Source of the DNA: Chloroflexota bacterium
GTDB taxonomy: Bacteria; Chloroflexota; UBA11872; VXOZ01
Direction: 5' to 3'
DNA: 64,000 nt
Assembly (NCBI GenBank): GCA_964291655.2
Contig: OZ219802.1
Coordinates: 160,001 to 224,000, forward strand
The position numbers were made by a program, and so were the translations under genes. Positions 40,088 to 49,946 of the stretch are shown here, piece by piece; position 1 is the stretch's first letter; each line of letters begins with the position of its first letter. The notes beneath the pieces are model-generated. The model saw nothing but the letters and a program-made list of their open reading frames with translations, did no database searches and was not told where the DNA came from.

Positions 40088-41293
40088 CTACGTCTGCTTG
40101 GGTACGGTGGGTGTACGCAGCCGCACGTATTCAGGCAACGGCTCACCAATCAATGGGCGGACATAGTCTAGGAATGCTGGAGTAACGGAATCCCCTGCCT
40201 CATTGAGGAAAGCATCAGGGAGCGGTCGCTCTTTGCCCGCCACCTCATCAACGCTAATGAGACCGGTGTTTACCGCATAGTCCTCCCCAGGAACGCGCTC
40301 CAACGTAACTATCTTGCCGGTCTCTCCGCCCACTGCCGCTGCCACTGCCGCTTGGCCGACGCGGTAAGACTCGTCGAGGTCTACCGTTGAAGCGAGGGAA
40401 ACGCATGCGCGCTGCATCGTGCCAGGCTTGTCTGTGCGGCTCTTCAGCCCCAACTCACTCGCCACCAATTCCGCGAGTAGCGTGCTCACGCCGCCGAGTT
40501 GTCCTCTGCCGAAGGCATCTCGGTCAACAGCGCGGTCTGAAGCAAAGAGCAAGTCTCCGTCCGGTCGACGCAACCCCTCGCACACGGCGACGTGTACATA
40601 CCCGTATTGGTCGTAAGCGTCTTGCACAGCCTGCAAGAAACTTTCCTGGGTAAGCGGGCGTTCCGGAACGAAAATAAGGTGCGGCGGATCTGCTTCCTCC
40701 CGCTTTGCCAGCGCAGTGGCGGCAGTTACCCAGCCGGTGTTTCTGCCAAACGTCTCCAGTACTTTCACCTGGTCGTGCGTGCGCAGCGCCCAGGAATCTG
40801 AACCCCCGTCCATGGCGGCCAGCGCCGCAAACCGCGCCACGCTCCCGTAGCCCGGCGTATGGTCAGTGCCCCACAGATCATTGTCGATTGTCTTCGGCAC
40901 GGCAATTGCATTGATGTCGTAGTCGCTCGCCTCGGCCCACCGGTTGACCGCCTGCACCGTGAGCGCCGAGCCATTGCCGCCAATGTAAATGAAATAGCGG
41001 ACTCCATGTGCCTGCAGCACACCCAGTGCCCTTGCGGCGTCCGACTCCAGCAGGCCGTAGCGACACGAACCCAGGGCGGCCGACGGTGTCTGCCTGAGCG
41101 CGCTGAGGAGCTTTGTTGAGACACTGCTCAGGTCTATGAACCGTTCTTGCAGCAAGCCTTCTACGCCGTTACACATACCGTAGACACGGTCCACGGCATC
41201 ACTCTGCAGCGCGGCGTCGAGCACGCCCGCAAGCGTGGTACTCAGCGTGGCGGTTGATCCACCTGATTGTCCGACAACTAAGGTTCCACTCAT
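40088..41293 (-). CDS. PfkA-family phosphofructokinase-like protein (divergent)
   Basis: GQSGG, LGSCR, IGGNGS, PKTIDND, GYGS, FGRGQLGG. Confidence 0.88.
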   Translation of the reverse strand: MSGTLVVGQSGGSTATLSTTLAGVLDAALQSDAVDRVYGMCNGVEGLLQERFIDLSSVSTKLLSALRQTPSAALGSCRYGLLESDAARALGVLQAHGVRYFIYIGGNGSALTVQAVNRWAEASDYDINAIAVPKTIDNDLWGTDHTPGYGSVARFAALAAMDGGSDSWALRTHDQVKVLETFGRNTGWVTAATALAKREEADPPHLIFVPERPLTQESFLQAVQDAYDQYGYVHVAVCEGLRRPDGDLLFASDRAVDRDAFGRGQLGGVSTLLAELVASELGLKSRTDKPGTMQRACVSLASTVDLDESYRVGQAAVAAAVGGETGKIVTLERVPGEDYAVNTGLISVDEVAGKERPLPDAFLNEAGDSVTPAFLDYVRPLIGEPLPEYVRLRTPTVPKQT

Positions 41294-41596
41294 AGTGCTT
41301 GCATGGCAATCGTAGGTTGCAGGATCTAAGCGAGCCTTGATGATGATCGGTTGCCTGGAGTGCGTGCCTACGCCAATGATTTCCGTCACAGCGCAGGCCG
41401 TCCCGGCAATTTTGCTGCGGTACGCCGTGTGTGAAGCTTGCTGCTCTCAGTGCATGCTACTGTCTACCGAATCAACCGTCAATTTGGGCTGGCGCCACAA
41501 TAATCCCGGCAACCTCGTTTCAGACCGGCAGTCGGTATAATTGCATGAGAGCTTTTGCGAAGATTACAGACTTACAGGTAAATAGGGGGTTTTGGC

Positions 41597-42367
41597 ATGA
41601 GGTTGCAGGGCAAAGTCGCGCTCATTACGGGGGGCGGGAGCGGCATAGGGGAAGCGATGGCATTGCGCTTTGCCGCCGAGGGCGCAGCCACCGCAATTGT
41701 GGACCTAAATCAGAAGGGCGCGGAACGAGTAGTATCCGCCATACAAGAAGCGGGAGGGCGGGCGCATGCCATTGCGGCCGATGTTGCAAGCGAGAACGAC
41801 GTGCGTGCCATGCTCGCTGAAACCCAAGACCAATTCGGCCCGTTGGACATTCTTGTGAACAATGCCGGTATCTACGTGGACAAGGACATCGAAGGCACAA
41901 CGGAGGACGAATGGGACCGCATCATGAATGTCAACGTCAAGAGCCTCCTTTGGACCTGTAAGTACGCTCTGCCATCCCTGAAAGAGACAAAAGGAGTAAT
42001 TCTCAACATTGCCTCGATGGTAGGCGTGCACGCACAACCGCACTCGATTGCCTACTGTGCCTCGAAAGGGGCGGTAATCACATTTACTCGAGCGCTTGCC
42101 CTGGATTGTGCCCAATATGGCGTACGGGCGAACTCGCTCTGCCCGTCAAGCGTTGCCACCCCGCTCTTCGAAAGCTTCCTCAATGTGCAGCCCGACCCGG
42201 ACGAAGCGCGTGCCGGCGTTGCGGCGCGGGCCCCACTGGGCTATATCTCTTCACCGAAACAGATGGCCGACGCCGCGCTCTTTCTCGTCTCGGATGAATC
42301 GTCATACTTTACGGGAACCGAACTCTATGCCGATGGCGGCGGTACGCTCGGATACAAGACTGGGTAG
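41597..42367 (+). CDS. SDR family oxidoreductase
   Basis: TGGGSGIG, NNAG, YCASK. Confidence 0.95.
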   Translation: MRLQGKVALITGGGSGIGEAMALRFAAEGAATAIVDLNQKGAERVVSAIQEAGGRAHAIAADVASENDVRAMLAETQDQFGPLDILVNNAGIYVDKDIEGTTEDEWDRIMNVNVKSLLWTCKYALPSLKETKGVILNIASMVGVHAQPHSIAYCASKGAVITFTRALALDCAQYGVRANSLCPSSVATPLFESFLNVQPDPDEARAGVAARAPLGYISSPKQMADAALFLVSDESSYFTGTELYADGGGTLGYKTG

Positions 42368-42395
42368 CAACACCTGTAAAGGTGAGGATTATGCT

Positions 42396-42428
42396 GCCTA
42401 TGGGCGGAGCAATTCGTTCCCCGTAGGC
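42396..42428. terminator. Hairpin between convergent SDR and MOSC genes
   Basis: GCCTATGGG..GGAGC / GTTCC..CCGTAGGC imperfect inverted repeat. Confidence 0.45.
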
Positions 42429-42429
42429 G

Positions 42430-42906
42430 CTATTCGTCGCCACCGGGCAAGATCTCAGCACCAACGCTGATTGTCCCCTCGGTCAATATCTCAGCGCGCA
42501 GGCCGCCGCGGTGCATTAGGTGGTTAACAATGTGGGAATGTCCGCTGGTTTCAGCGAGGATCGCGCACGGCTCGCAGAGCAGCAACCCCCGCAGGCGCAC
42601 GTCGCCAACAGTGAACTCCCTGTCGATGAGATGATTGAGCGGCACCCCGGAAACCAGCACGTTCCGGCGGGACTTTTCCGGTTCGAGACGGTATCCATAC
42701 TCCCGCTCCAGCGCATCGAGGCTTTCGCTCTCGATCAGTGTTAACTCCCGGTGCGGTCCCGCTCTATCCGAATACGTAGCGTTACCAATGAAGTAGCGGT
42801 CGCCTTCAATTCCCTTACCCGGCACCACACGCACTTCCTGCTGTGAGACCATTGGTTCCCGGCGGGCCGGGGCGGTATAGATGCTGAGGACTTTCCCTTG
42901 GAACAT
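42430..42906 (-). CDS. MOSC domain protein
   Basis: GIEGDRY, RRNVLV, CEPC, RGGLRAEI; ATG at 42906 after GGAG. Confidence 0.9.
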   Translation of the reverse strand: MFQGKVLSIYTAPARREPMVSQQEVRVVPGKGIEGDRYFIGNATYSDRAGPHRELTLIESESLDALEREYGYRLEPEKSRRNVLVSGVPLNHLIDREFTVGDVRLRGLLLCEPCAILAETSGHSHIVNHLMHRGGLRAEILTEGTISVGAEILPGGDE

Positions 42907-42916
42907 GCTACTCTCC

Positions 42917-43798
42917 TTACTCGAAAACTGAGAAATAGTGTGCGAAGAACCGATCGGCGTCAACCGTTTCCGCCACCTGATGGCAACCGGCGGCGTCATC
43001 TTTCTGCCAGTGCGTGAAGCCTGCGAGTGGCTGGCTCTCGAGCTCCACTCGTACGTTGCCGGAGGCAAAGGAACAGATACGGTCGTCGAAGACTGTCGTG
43101 GCGGCGAGAGGATCATGGAAGGTGATTTCGTCTCGCCGCTGAAAGAACACCTCGGCAAATGCAGCCACCGGCTGGAGTAACGGTAACTGAAAACGAGCGC
43201 GCACGTCTTTGGCGGACATGGTGACCTGCCGTGTAACGTCGAGACCGTGCGAGCGATGGTTGGCGGCTGAACTCTGGTAGACGATCGCCGCTGCGTGAGG
43301 ATCGCACGAGGCGTTCCACTCCACCGGCCCTCGTCCCGCCGCGCGCCCAAAGAACTGTCCGCACATGAGCGCAAGGCCCTTTAGCAATCCGGGGATCTCT
43401 GGGTCTGCGCGGAAGAGCAGTGCGACATTGGTCAGTGGGCCGACGGCAAGCAATGTGACTTCACCCGGGTGCGCTCGCACCGTTTGGCGCAGAAACTCGA
43501 TTGCAGCGCCCTGTAGGAAGTCCTTGTTATGCGGCCAATCGCCCAACACATCCGCCTGCTGTGCCTTGGGCTGCCTCTGTTCTATCAGCAAGGGACTCTC
43601 TGCTCCAGGATAGATGGGAACGTCCTTGCCTGCTGCCCGGCACAGGGCGCTGGCCAACATAGCGCGTCTGGTTGATTCACCGCTTACGGTGGTAATGCCA
43701 AGCAACTCGCATGCGGGCTGGGCAAGCAGATAGGCCAGACACACCGCGTCGTCTATGTCGGTGCCAATGTCGGTATCGAACAGCACTTTTTCTTGCAT
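42917..43798 (-). CDS. Nucleoside hydrolase (IU-NH family)
   Basis: [28 protein letters not shown]. Confidence 0.93.
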   Translation of the reverse strand: MQEKVLFDTDIGTDIDDAVCLAYLLAQPACELLGITTVSGESTRRAMLASALCRAAGKDVPIYPGAESPLLIEQRQPKAQQADVLGDWPHNKDFLQGAAIEFLRQTVRAHPGEVTLLAVGPLTNVALLFRADPEIPGLLKGLALMCGQFFGRAAGRGPVEWNASCDPHAAAIVYQSSAANHRSHGLDVTRQVTMSAKDVRARFQLPLLQPVAAFAEVFFQRRDEITFHDPLAATTVFDDRICSFASGNVRVELESQPLAGFTHWQKDDAAGCHQVAETVDADRFFAHYFSVFE

Positions 43799-44105
43799 TA
43801 ATGGGACCTCTGGGTAGGCTCCGTCGCGCTCAGACCGCCGTGCCTGCTGCATCGCGGCATGTTCGATTATGCCACAGTCGAACTTCAGGGATAGGACAGC
43901 ATTCATGCCGAGGAGCGCTGCTCCTCAAGGCTGCCGGTGTCACAAGTCCCGTGCCGGGCCACACACTGCCCAATCTTGAGCCAGCGGCTACACAACAGAC
44001 GCGTAAGTAGGCTTCACGTGAGTAACTCGATGGCACGGGTAGAGTAGAATGGAAGACCAGAGAGCGCATCATGTTTTGAGACTTGCTTAGGGGAAGAGCA
44101 ACAAG

Positions 44106-45218
44106 ATGAGAGCATACGACGTCGCCGTCATCGGCGCCGGCATTATCGGGCTCATGATTGCGCGCGAATTACGCGCTGCCGGGCTGACAGTGGCGCTCCT
44201 AGAGCGGAGCGAGGTCGGCAAAGAGGCGTCGTGGGCGTCTGCAGGCGTGCTCATGAGCAGACCCTATCCCTACGAGAGCATTGTCGACTTTAGGCTGCGG
44301 GTGGAAGGCAGCGAGATGCTGCTGGCTTTGGGTCCCGTGCTTGCAGATGAGACTGGCATCGATATCGAGGCCGTGCGCCACCCTGCTCTCCATCTTGCCC
44401 TTACTGCGGAAGATGAAGCCAACATGCGGGCGCTACAACCGCAGTTAGAAGGGGCATGCCTTGGCTGTGAGTACATCAGCTCGGAGGAGGTTCAGGCACG
44501 CCAGCCAGAGATTACGCTGCCGGTGGCCCTCGGCATGGTGACGTCGTGCGCGAACATCGAGAACCGCCGCTTGCTGCGTGCCTTGGAAGTCGGCGCGCGC
44601 AAGGCGGGAGTCGACATTCTCACCGGCTGCGACGTCCGGGCACTCCAGGTTGAAGGCGGCAAGGTCACTGGCGTGCGCACGGCAAACCAAGACTTCCATG
44701 CCGGAGCGGTCGTAAATGCGGTGGGCAGTTGGGGCGGCACGCTGCAAGGAGCACCTGAGCACATTCCGGTGCAGCCGGAACGTGGGCAAATGCTCTCCCT
44801 CCACGCGGATACCGTTGCGCTCAGACTCCTCATCAACCTGCCGCAATTCATTATCATCCCGCGCAGGAGCGGACGTATCGTCCTTGGTGCGACTACCGAG
44901 AAGGTGGGCTACGACAGGCGCAACACGGCGGGAGCGATCCAGGGCATGCTTCACGCCGCCATCGAGGCTATCCCGGCGCTAGCGGCAGGGACGATCGAGG
45001 AACTGTGGTCGGGATTCCGTCCCTTCAGTCCCGATGGCTATCCCTTGGTCGGACCTTCCGCGCTCCCTGGCTATTACTACGCCGTCGGCCACCACAAGCT
45101 AGGCATTCAACAAGCGCCCATCACCGCTGAGATTGTCAAGGATCTCGTGACTACCGGCAAGACCAGCCGCCCCATTGACCATTGGATCCCCACCCGCTTT
45201 GGAACATCGGCGAGTTGA
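44106..45218 (+). CDS. FAD-dependent glycine oxidase (ThiO)/DAO family protein
   Basis: VIGAGIIG, ASWASAG, PERGQ, WSGFRP, GHHKLGI. Confidence 0.88.
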   Translation: MRAYDVAVIGAGIIGLMIARELRAAGLTVALLERSEVGKEASWASAGVLMSRPYPYESIVDFRLRVEGSEMLLALGPVLADETGIDIEAVRHPALHLALTAEDEANMRALQPQLEGACLGCEYISSEEVQARQPEITLPVALGMVTSCANIENRRLLRALEVGARKAGVDILTGCDVRALQVEGGKVTGVRTANQDFHAGAVVNAVGSWGGTLQGAPEHIPVQPERGQMLSLHADTVALRLLINLPQFIIIPRRSGRIVLGATTEKVGYDRRNTAGAIQGMLHAAIEAIPALAAGTIEELWSGFRPFSPDGYPLVGPSALPGYYYAVGHHKLGIQQAPITAEIVKDLVTTGKTSRPIDHWIPTRFGTSAS

Positions 45219-45232
45219 TCACAAGCGACAAT

Positions 45233-45676
45233 CTAGACCGTCGGCAGCGGATCAGCAGCAGCGAGCTCCAACCAGAACCTGACCGCCTGTTCTCGTTGTG
45301 CGGCAGTTCTTGCCACGCCCTGCCAGTCGCAGCGGGCAGAGTTGTTGACACCCGTCCCGCGCACGGCTAGGTGCACCGGCGACGCCTCCGCTAGACGCAA
45401 CCCCTTCTCCAGCACCTCTTCGACGGTGGCAACAGCGCTTGTTGGCGTGGGCGTTGGCGTCGGCGTAGCCGCAGGGGTGGAAGTTGGTGTCGGTGTTGCC
45501 GTGGCAGTTTGCCTCTCAGCCGCCGACGTCGTCTCTGCTTGCGCTCCGGCCCAAAAGACCATGCCAAACAGAACTGCCATCACCAGTGCGACGGCCAATC
45601 AACTGCCATACTGGGCAACATTACGAAACATTCTGTGCCGCAAGAAGCTTCTTGATCGCACAATGAACGGCGCCAT
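45233..45676 (-). pseudogene. Head gene B2: N-terminal fragment of a secreted protein with an internal stop, 3'-truncated
   Basis: ATG at 45676 (GGGAG RBS). MAPFIVRSRSFLRHRMFRNVAQYGS*LAVAL aligns codon-for-codon with the copy at 48180 (...GAGRLGVAL). TGA at 45599-45601; PT linker; VEEVLEKGLRLAEASPVHLAVRG domain cut off at 45233. Confidence 0.8.
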
Positions 45677-47093
45677 TATAGTCGCTCCCAGCTTTATCCC
45701 ATTCCTGCGAAACATCTACATCCCATTCGGTCGTTACATGCCAACTGTCACAGGATTGTCCGAGCAGCTGCGACGTCATCCATCGCGCTCGATCCTGTGA
45801 CGGGTTGGCTGGCACCAGGTTGCCGTCGGCATCTTGGCGTATCAAGTCTCGTCTGTCCGATCCGTCACGGGCAACCGTGAAGAGCGCGGGGGGCATCATG
45901 TCCCTGGTATAGTTGGTTCTGGGTGCAAAAAGGGTGAATACGGCGATGCGGGTGCCGTTGGGCGACCACGCAGCTATGTACGGTACGCCATCCTTCACAT
46001 TCAGTTCCGTTGACAACGCGGTCACCTCCCCATCCTCTAGGCTGACCACACACGCACCTTCTTCACAGGAGTAGAGTATCTGGGTGCCGTCCGGCGACCA
46101 CGCCACCGTGTGTACTTTGGACCTATAATTACTTTGGAATGCCCTGATGTTGTCGGTGATGGTAGTAATCTCTTTCAAGTCAGAGCCGTCGGCTGCCACC
46201 GTGAAGAGCGCTACCCTAACCTTTGCATACCCAACGTATTTTGCCACCACAAGTCTCTGCCCATTCGGCGACCATGAGGCCACGCTTACCACGTCCTCTG
46301 CTATCAGCGTCAATTCCGTCCCGTCTCTCCTCACCGTGTAGAGTATCTTCCGAAACGGTAAGAACGCCCCTTCGTATACTAGAAATGCCAACTTCTCGCC
46401 ATCCGGTGACCAAGCCGGCGGGAAGAGCGCAACGCCTCTGAGTCTTAGTATCGCGTCATCTTCCTCCCCCTTAAGCTGAACTTGTGATTGATTAAGTATT
46501 GGAAGCGTAGGAACCACGTGCCGCAAGTTCGACCCGTCAGCTGCCATCGTGTAGAGTCGCGCACCCAATTCATTTGAGTGGTTGTTAGGGCCCCTGACGA
46601 AGGCGATCTGGTTGCCGTCCGGCGACCACACCGGGTAATGGTCGAAGTAGCCCGAGATCGTGAGACGCTCTTGCCAGCCACCGTACAGATCGAATACGGC
46701 AATGTCATAATCGTACCCCGATGCTCCAACAAAAAACTCGCAGGCGGCGTTGACGATCCGGTACCCATCCGGCGAAATGTCAGCATGGAAACCGTACGGT
46801 AATACGTGCTTGGGTTCCAAGTCAACAAGCATGCGCGCCGCGGTTCCTTCAGTATTCACCTCCCACATTGTTGGGCCTCTCCCATCGAATATGAGATGGT
46901 TGCCATCTGGCGTCCACGCGAGAAAGTGCTTGTAATACACGCTAGGGTAATCGGACATCCGACGTCTACTACAACTGCTGCGATTCTCTTCCTGCTTTCC
47001 TAAATTTCCCTCAAAGGAATTCAATGTATCCTGCTGCGCGCAAGCGACAAGGCCCAAGGCGAGCACCAAGAGTATCGGCCACAATCGTCGCAC
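45621..47093 (-). CDS. PD40/TolB-like beta-propeller lipoprotein P6 (stop lost, C-terminal extension)
   Basis: LVAC lipobox; repeated WSPDG; RRDLIR..DGNL.PANP end. The expected TGA reads CGA at 45783-45785. Confidence 0.85.
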   Translation of the reverse strand: MRRLWPILLVLALGLVACAQQDTLNSFEGNLGKQEENRSSCSRRRMSDYPSVYYKHFLAWTPDGNHLIFDGRGPTMWEVNTEGTAARMLVDLEPKHVLPYGFHADISPDGYRIVNAACEFFVGASGYDYDIAVFDLYGGWQERLTISGYFDHYPVWSPDGNQIAFVRGPNNHSNELGARLYTMAADGSNLRHVVPTLPILNQSQVQLKGEEDDAILRLRGVALFPPAWSPDGEKLAFLVYEGAFLPFRKILYTVRRDGTELTLIAEDVVSVASWSPNGQRLVVAKYVGYAKVRVALFTVAADGSDLKEITTITDNIRAFQSNYRSKVHTVAWSPDGTQILYSCEEGACVVSLEDGEVTALSTELNVKDGVPYIAAWSPNGTRIAVFTLFAPRTNYTRDMMPPALFTVARDGSDRRDLIRQDADGNLVPANPSQDRARWMTSQLLGQSCDSWHVTTEWDVDVSQEWDKAGSDYNGAVHCAIKKLLAAQNVS

Positions 47094-47110
47094 GGCAACA
47101 CTCCTATTTC

Positions 47111-47623
47111 TCAGTCGACAAGTGTCTGATATTGCGCGTAGATTGCTAAGATGTCCATTGGATGCGGTGAACAGTCGTTCTCATCATGTAGATGGCTATA
47201 ATTCCCCGGAGCAATGTCGAAAGTTCCTGCGTCGTAGTTCATCACAGTCTCACTTAAGTGAGGATGCACAATTCCCAAAACATGTCCGGCCTCGTGAACC
47301 AAGTCTTCAGTAATCCCTTCTTCCGTCGTGCTGCACGTATTGAAGCTTACCGTTGGTATGCTCAATGTGCGTATCTCATACGCGCTGCGCCTAATCAAAA
47401 TGTCTCTTGTATAGAAGCACTTTGTAATGATGAATTCAAGAAACGTCTCCTCGTACTCTCTTTCGTTTGCGCACATTAGACCATCAACTCCACAAGCGCT
47501 AACGGCGACAAATCCGGAGAGTTGTAAAAAGTGGATGTTGACTTCGAGTGCCACGATGTGCGCAGCAGAATCGTCATACCTTACGATCTCGTTGTTCCTC
47601 AGATTTTCTTGGGGAAAATCCCC
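47111..47623 (-). pseudogene. Metzincin-type zinc peptidase C-terminal fragment, out of frame with head B1
   Basis: HEAGHVLGIVH (HExxHxxGxxH), TVMNY Met-turn, CSPHPMDILAIYAQYQT; frame is open upstream past 47620. Confidence 0.75.
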
Positions 47624-48180
47624 ATACGGTCGAAGGCCAGCGTGAGCGTGCTCGGCCCCGCCCCCAGCAGGTACTCGCTCGCCGTGTAATCCACGTAGCA
47701 GGTCAGGAAGAGATACTCAGTAGAAAGCCCGCCCCGCGCGATGGCGAGGAAGTTCGACTTGGCGGTCTCCTTGTACTCTGGATTCAGAGTGTCCAGCGTC
47801 ACCGTGAACAGAATCTCGAGAAACGACGCCGACGGCAGCGTGTCGGTGGACGACAGCCCCAGCCAGAAGCGGACGGCCGCCTCCCGTTGCGCCAACGTCC
47901 GCGCGATGCCCCGCCAGTCACAGCGGACAGAGTTGGTGACACCCGTGCCGCGCACGGCTAGGTGCACCGGGAAGGCCTCCGCTAAGCGCAGCCCCTTCTC
48001 CAGCACTTCTTCCACGGTGCCTGTTGGCGGTAGCCCATGAGCTTGGGCCCCAGCCCCGCACACCGCGCTCAGCAAGACTGCCAGCAGCAGTGCAACACCG
48101 AGCCGACCAGCGCCGGATACTACGCTCGTAATGGCGTTACGCTGCGCGAACGTGCAAAGGGGCATCAACCAAGAGGCCAT
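47599..48180 (-). pseudogene. Head gene B1: N-terminal part of a secreted protein
   Basis: Signal peptide ending AQA; VEEVLEKGLRLAEAFPVHLAVRG...CDWRGIART domain; ends 6 codons after a frame switch into the peptidase. Confidence 0.75.
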
Positions 48181-48239
48181 AGTAGCTTGTCCTAACTCTC
48201 TCCTAAATCTTGTGGGCCAACGTGCCACGCTCCACCACA

Positions 48240-49649
48240 TCACGGTGTCTCCTGTGGCGAGTTGGCTGGCGCAAGCTTGCCGTCGTCGTCCACTCGTACT
48301 AGCGCGCACAAGTCCGATCCGTCACGGTTCACGGTATAGATTTCAGGCGGTATGTTATCGTCCTGATTGCCTGGAACGTACAGAGCAATGCGGGAACCGT
48401 CCGGCGACCACGCCCCAACGCGCCATGCTTTGTCAAGGCGACTTCCAAGTTCAACACGGCGCACACTGCTGCCGTCTCGCCGGACAATGAAGAAGTGACT
48501 GTCAGAGCCAACCAGCAGTTCCAACCCGTCCGGCGACCACGAGACGTGAGAGACTTTCCAGCTCATCCCTTGCGATTCCAGAACCTGTGTAAGGTCAGTA
48601 CTGTCAATACGCACCGTGTAGACGCCAACGGGCTCGCCCTCCTCATCGGCCATCACAAAGGCCAGAAACTCTCCGTCCGGTGACCACGCCGGTAAGACCG
48701 GTGTCCAGAATGACATGAAAATCATCTGCAGATGAGGTAGGTATGTAGAGACCGGTCCGGCGACCCGCGTCCACTCACTCCCGTCGGCCCGGATTACATA
48801 AAGAAAACTCCCCTGATAGGATGCCAAGAGCGCCAAGTATTTCCCGTCCGGCGACCACAGTGGCGGCACATTCCCAACGGCGACGTGGTAGGTTTTCTCT
48901 TTTAATGTAGGTGTTATTGTTGCTGCGCCCTGCTCCAGATCGGACCCGTCCGCCTCAATGGCAACATAGAATTCGCTTTCCTCTCTTAGTGCAGGTGTCG
49001 TTAACGCTACCCCCTGTCGTACATCGGATCCATCCACCGCCATCGTATAAATCTCACCCCACCCAAACGGTCCACTAGCTGACGAGGAGAAGGCGATGCG
49101 CTTCCCATCAGGAGACCATACTGGATAGTCGTCAAAACTATCATTCCGCGTAAGCCGTTGCTTCCTAGTGCCATCCAGGTTGATGACGGCAATCTCGTAA
49201 CCATAGTGGTTCTCGCGTTTCGGATCTACATGCGGGCCTTCCGGTCGAAACTCGCATGACGTATAGACCACCCTCGTGCCGTCCGGCGAGACATCAAAGT
49301 AAAAGCCGTACGGAAAGTTAGACCGAGGAATTCGATTCTCAATCGGATATCGAGGATCTGCGTCCACGAGCGTGCGCAGTTGGGTTCCTTCACGATCGAC
49401 CACCTGTATTGTCCCTACGTAATCGAATAGCAGATACGTGCCGTCCGGCGTCCAATGAATAACCTGCTCGAACACGTACTGGCTGTACCCTTCAAGCATT
49501 GGACCGCAAGGGCCGTCCGACTCTCTAATAAGCCCAAACTTCCCTTTCGTAACCTCATCAGTAGTCTCACAGCCAACAAGACCTAGTGCCAACGCCAACA
49601 AAGCTATCCCCAGAAACATGAGTTGCACTCGATGCACAAGTGTGTGCAT
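48240..49649 (-). CDS. PD40/TolB-like beta-propeller lipoprotein P5
   Basis: LVGC lipobox; WTPDG/WSPDG repeats; DDDGKLAPANSPQETP end. Confidence 0.88.
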   Translation of the reverse strand: MHTLVHRVQLMFLGIALLALALGLVGCETTDEVTKGKFGLIRESDGPCGPMLEGYSQYVFEQVIHWTPDGTYLLFDYVGTIQVVDREGTQLRTLVDADPRYPIENRIPRSNFPYGFYFDVSPDGTRVVYTSCEFRPEGPHVDPKRENHYGYEIAVINLDGTRKQRLTRNDSFDDYPVWSPDGKRIAFSSSASGPFGWGEIYTMAVDGSDVRQGVALTTPALREESEFYVAIEADGSDLEQGAATITPTLKEKTYHVAVGNVPPLWSPDGKYLALLASYQGSFLYVIRADGSEWTRVAGPVSTYLPHLQMIFMSFWTPVLPAWSPDGEFLAFVMADEEGEPVGVYTVRIDSTDLTQVLESQGMSWKVSHVSWSPDGLELLVGSDSHFFIVRRDGSSVRRVELGSRLDKAWRVGAWSPDGSRIALYVPGNQDDNIPPEIYTVNRDGSDLCALVRVDDDGKLAPANSPQETP

Positions 49650-49664
49650 TGTCAATCCTATAAG

Positions 49665-49946
49665 CTACTGCGTCTGATAGAGCGCGAAGATCGCCATGAT
49701 GTCCAGCGGGTGCGGCGAACACTTGGGCAACCTTCCACCATAGCTCATGATTGCGCTATGTATATCCTCATTCGGATGGTGTACTTCTTGGCCCATGTCA
49801 TCTATGCCATCACGAATTCCAAAGTCATGACCCAATTCATGCACCAGCCAACCATACGGGATGTTATGTGTGTCTCTAGTGTTGATGTACGTGTTTACAA
49901 CCGCATCTCGTTTCAGGGCAGTATGTGGCATCCCAAAGTTAATCAC
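49665..49946 (-). CDS. Small metzincin-like peptidase tip M4
   Basis: HELGHDFG...HHP, AIMSY, CSPHPLDIMAIFALYQT; GTG start overlaps the upstream TGA. Confidence 0.7.
   Translation of the reverse strand: MINFGMPHTALKRDAVVNTYINTRDTHNIPYGWLVHELGHDFGIRDGIDDMGQEVHHPNEDIHSAIMSYGGRLPKCSPHPLDIMAIFALYQTQ

Noticed and set aside
42907-43374. N-terminal extension of the 314-aa MOSC ORF
   Set aside because: It overlaps the nucleoside hydrolase in another frame; the real start is ATG 42906 with an RBS.
43800-44105. TPP riboswitch or thiamine role for the ThiO-like gene
   Set aside because: No GCTGAGA / CCTGAT..GGATAATGCC core and no thiS/thiG neighbours, so the symbol thiO was not assigned.
45599-45601. 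Selenocysteine or read-through at the in-frame TGA of head B2
   Set aside because: It aligns with Arg in the signal-peptide region of the paralog and the gene is truncated anyway; a nonsense mutation is simpler.
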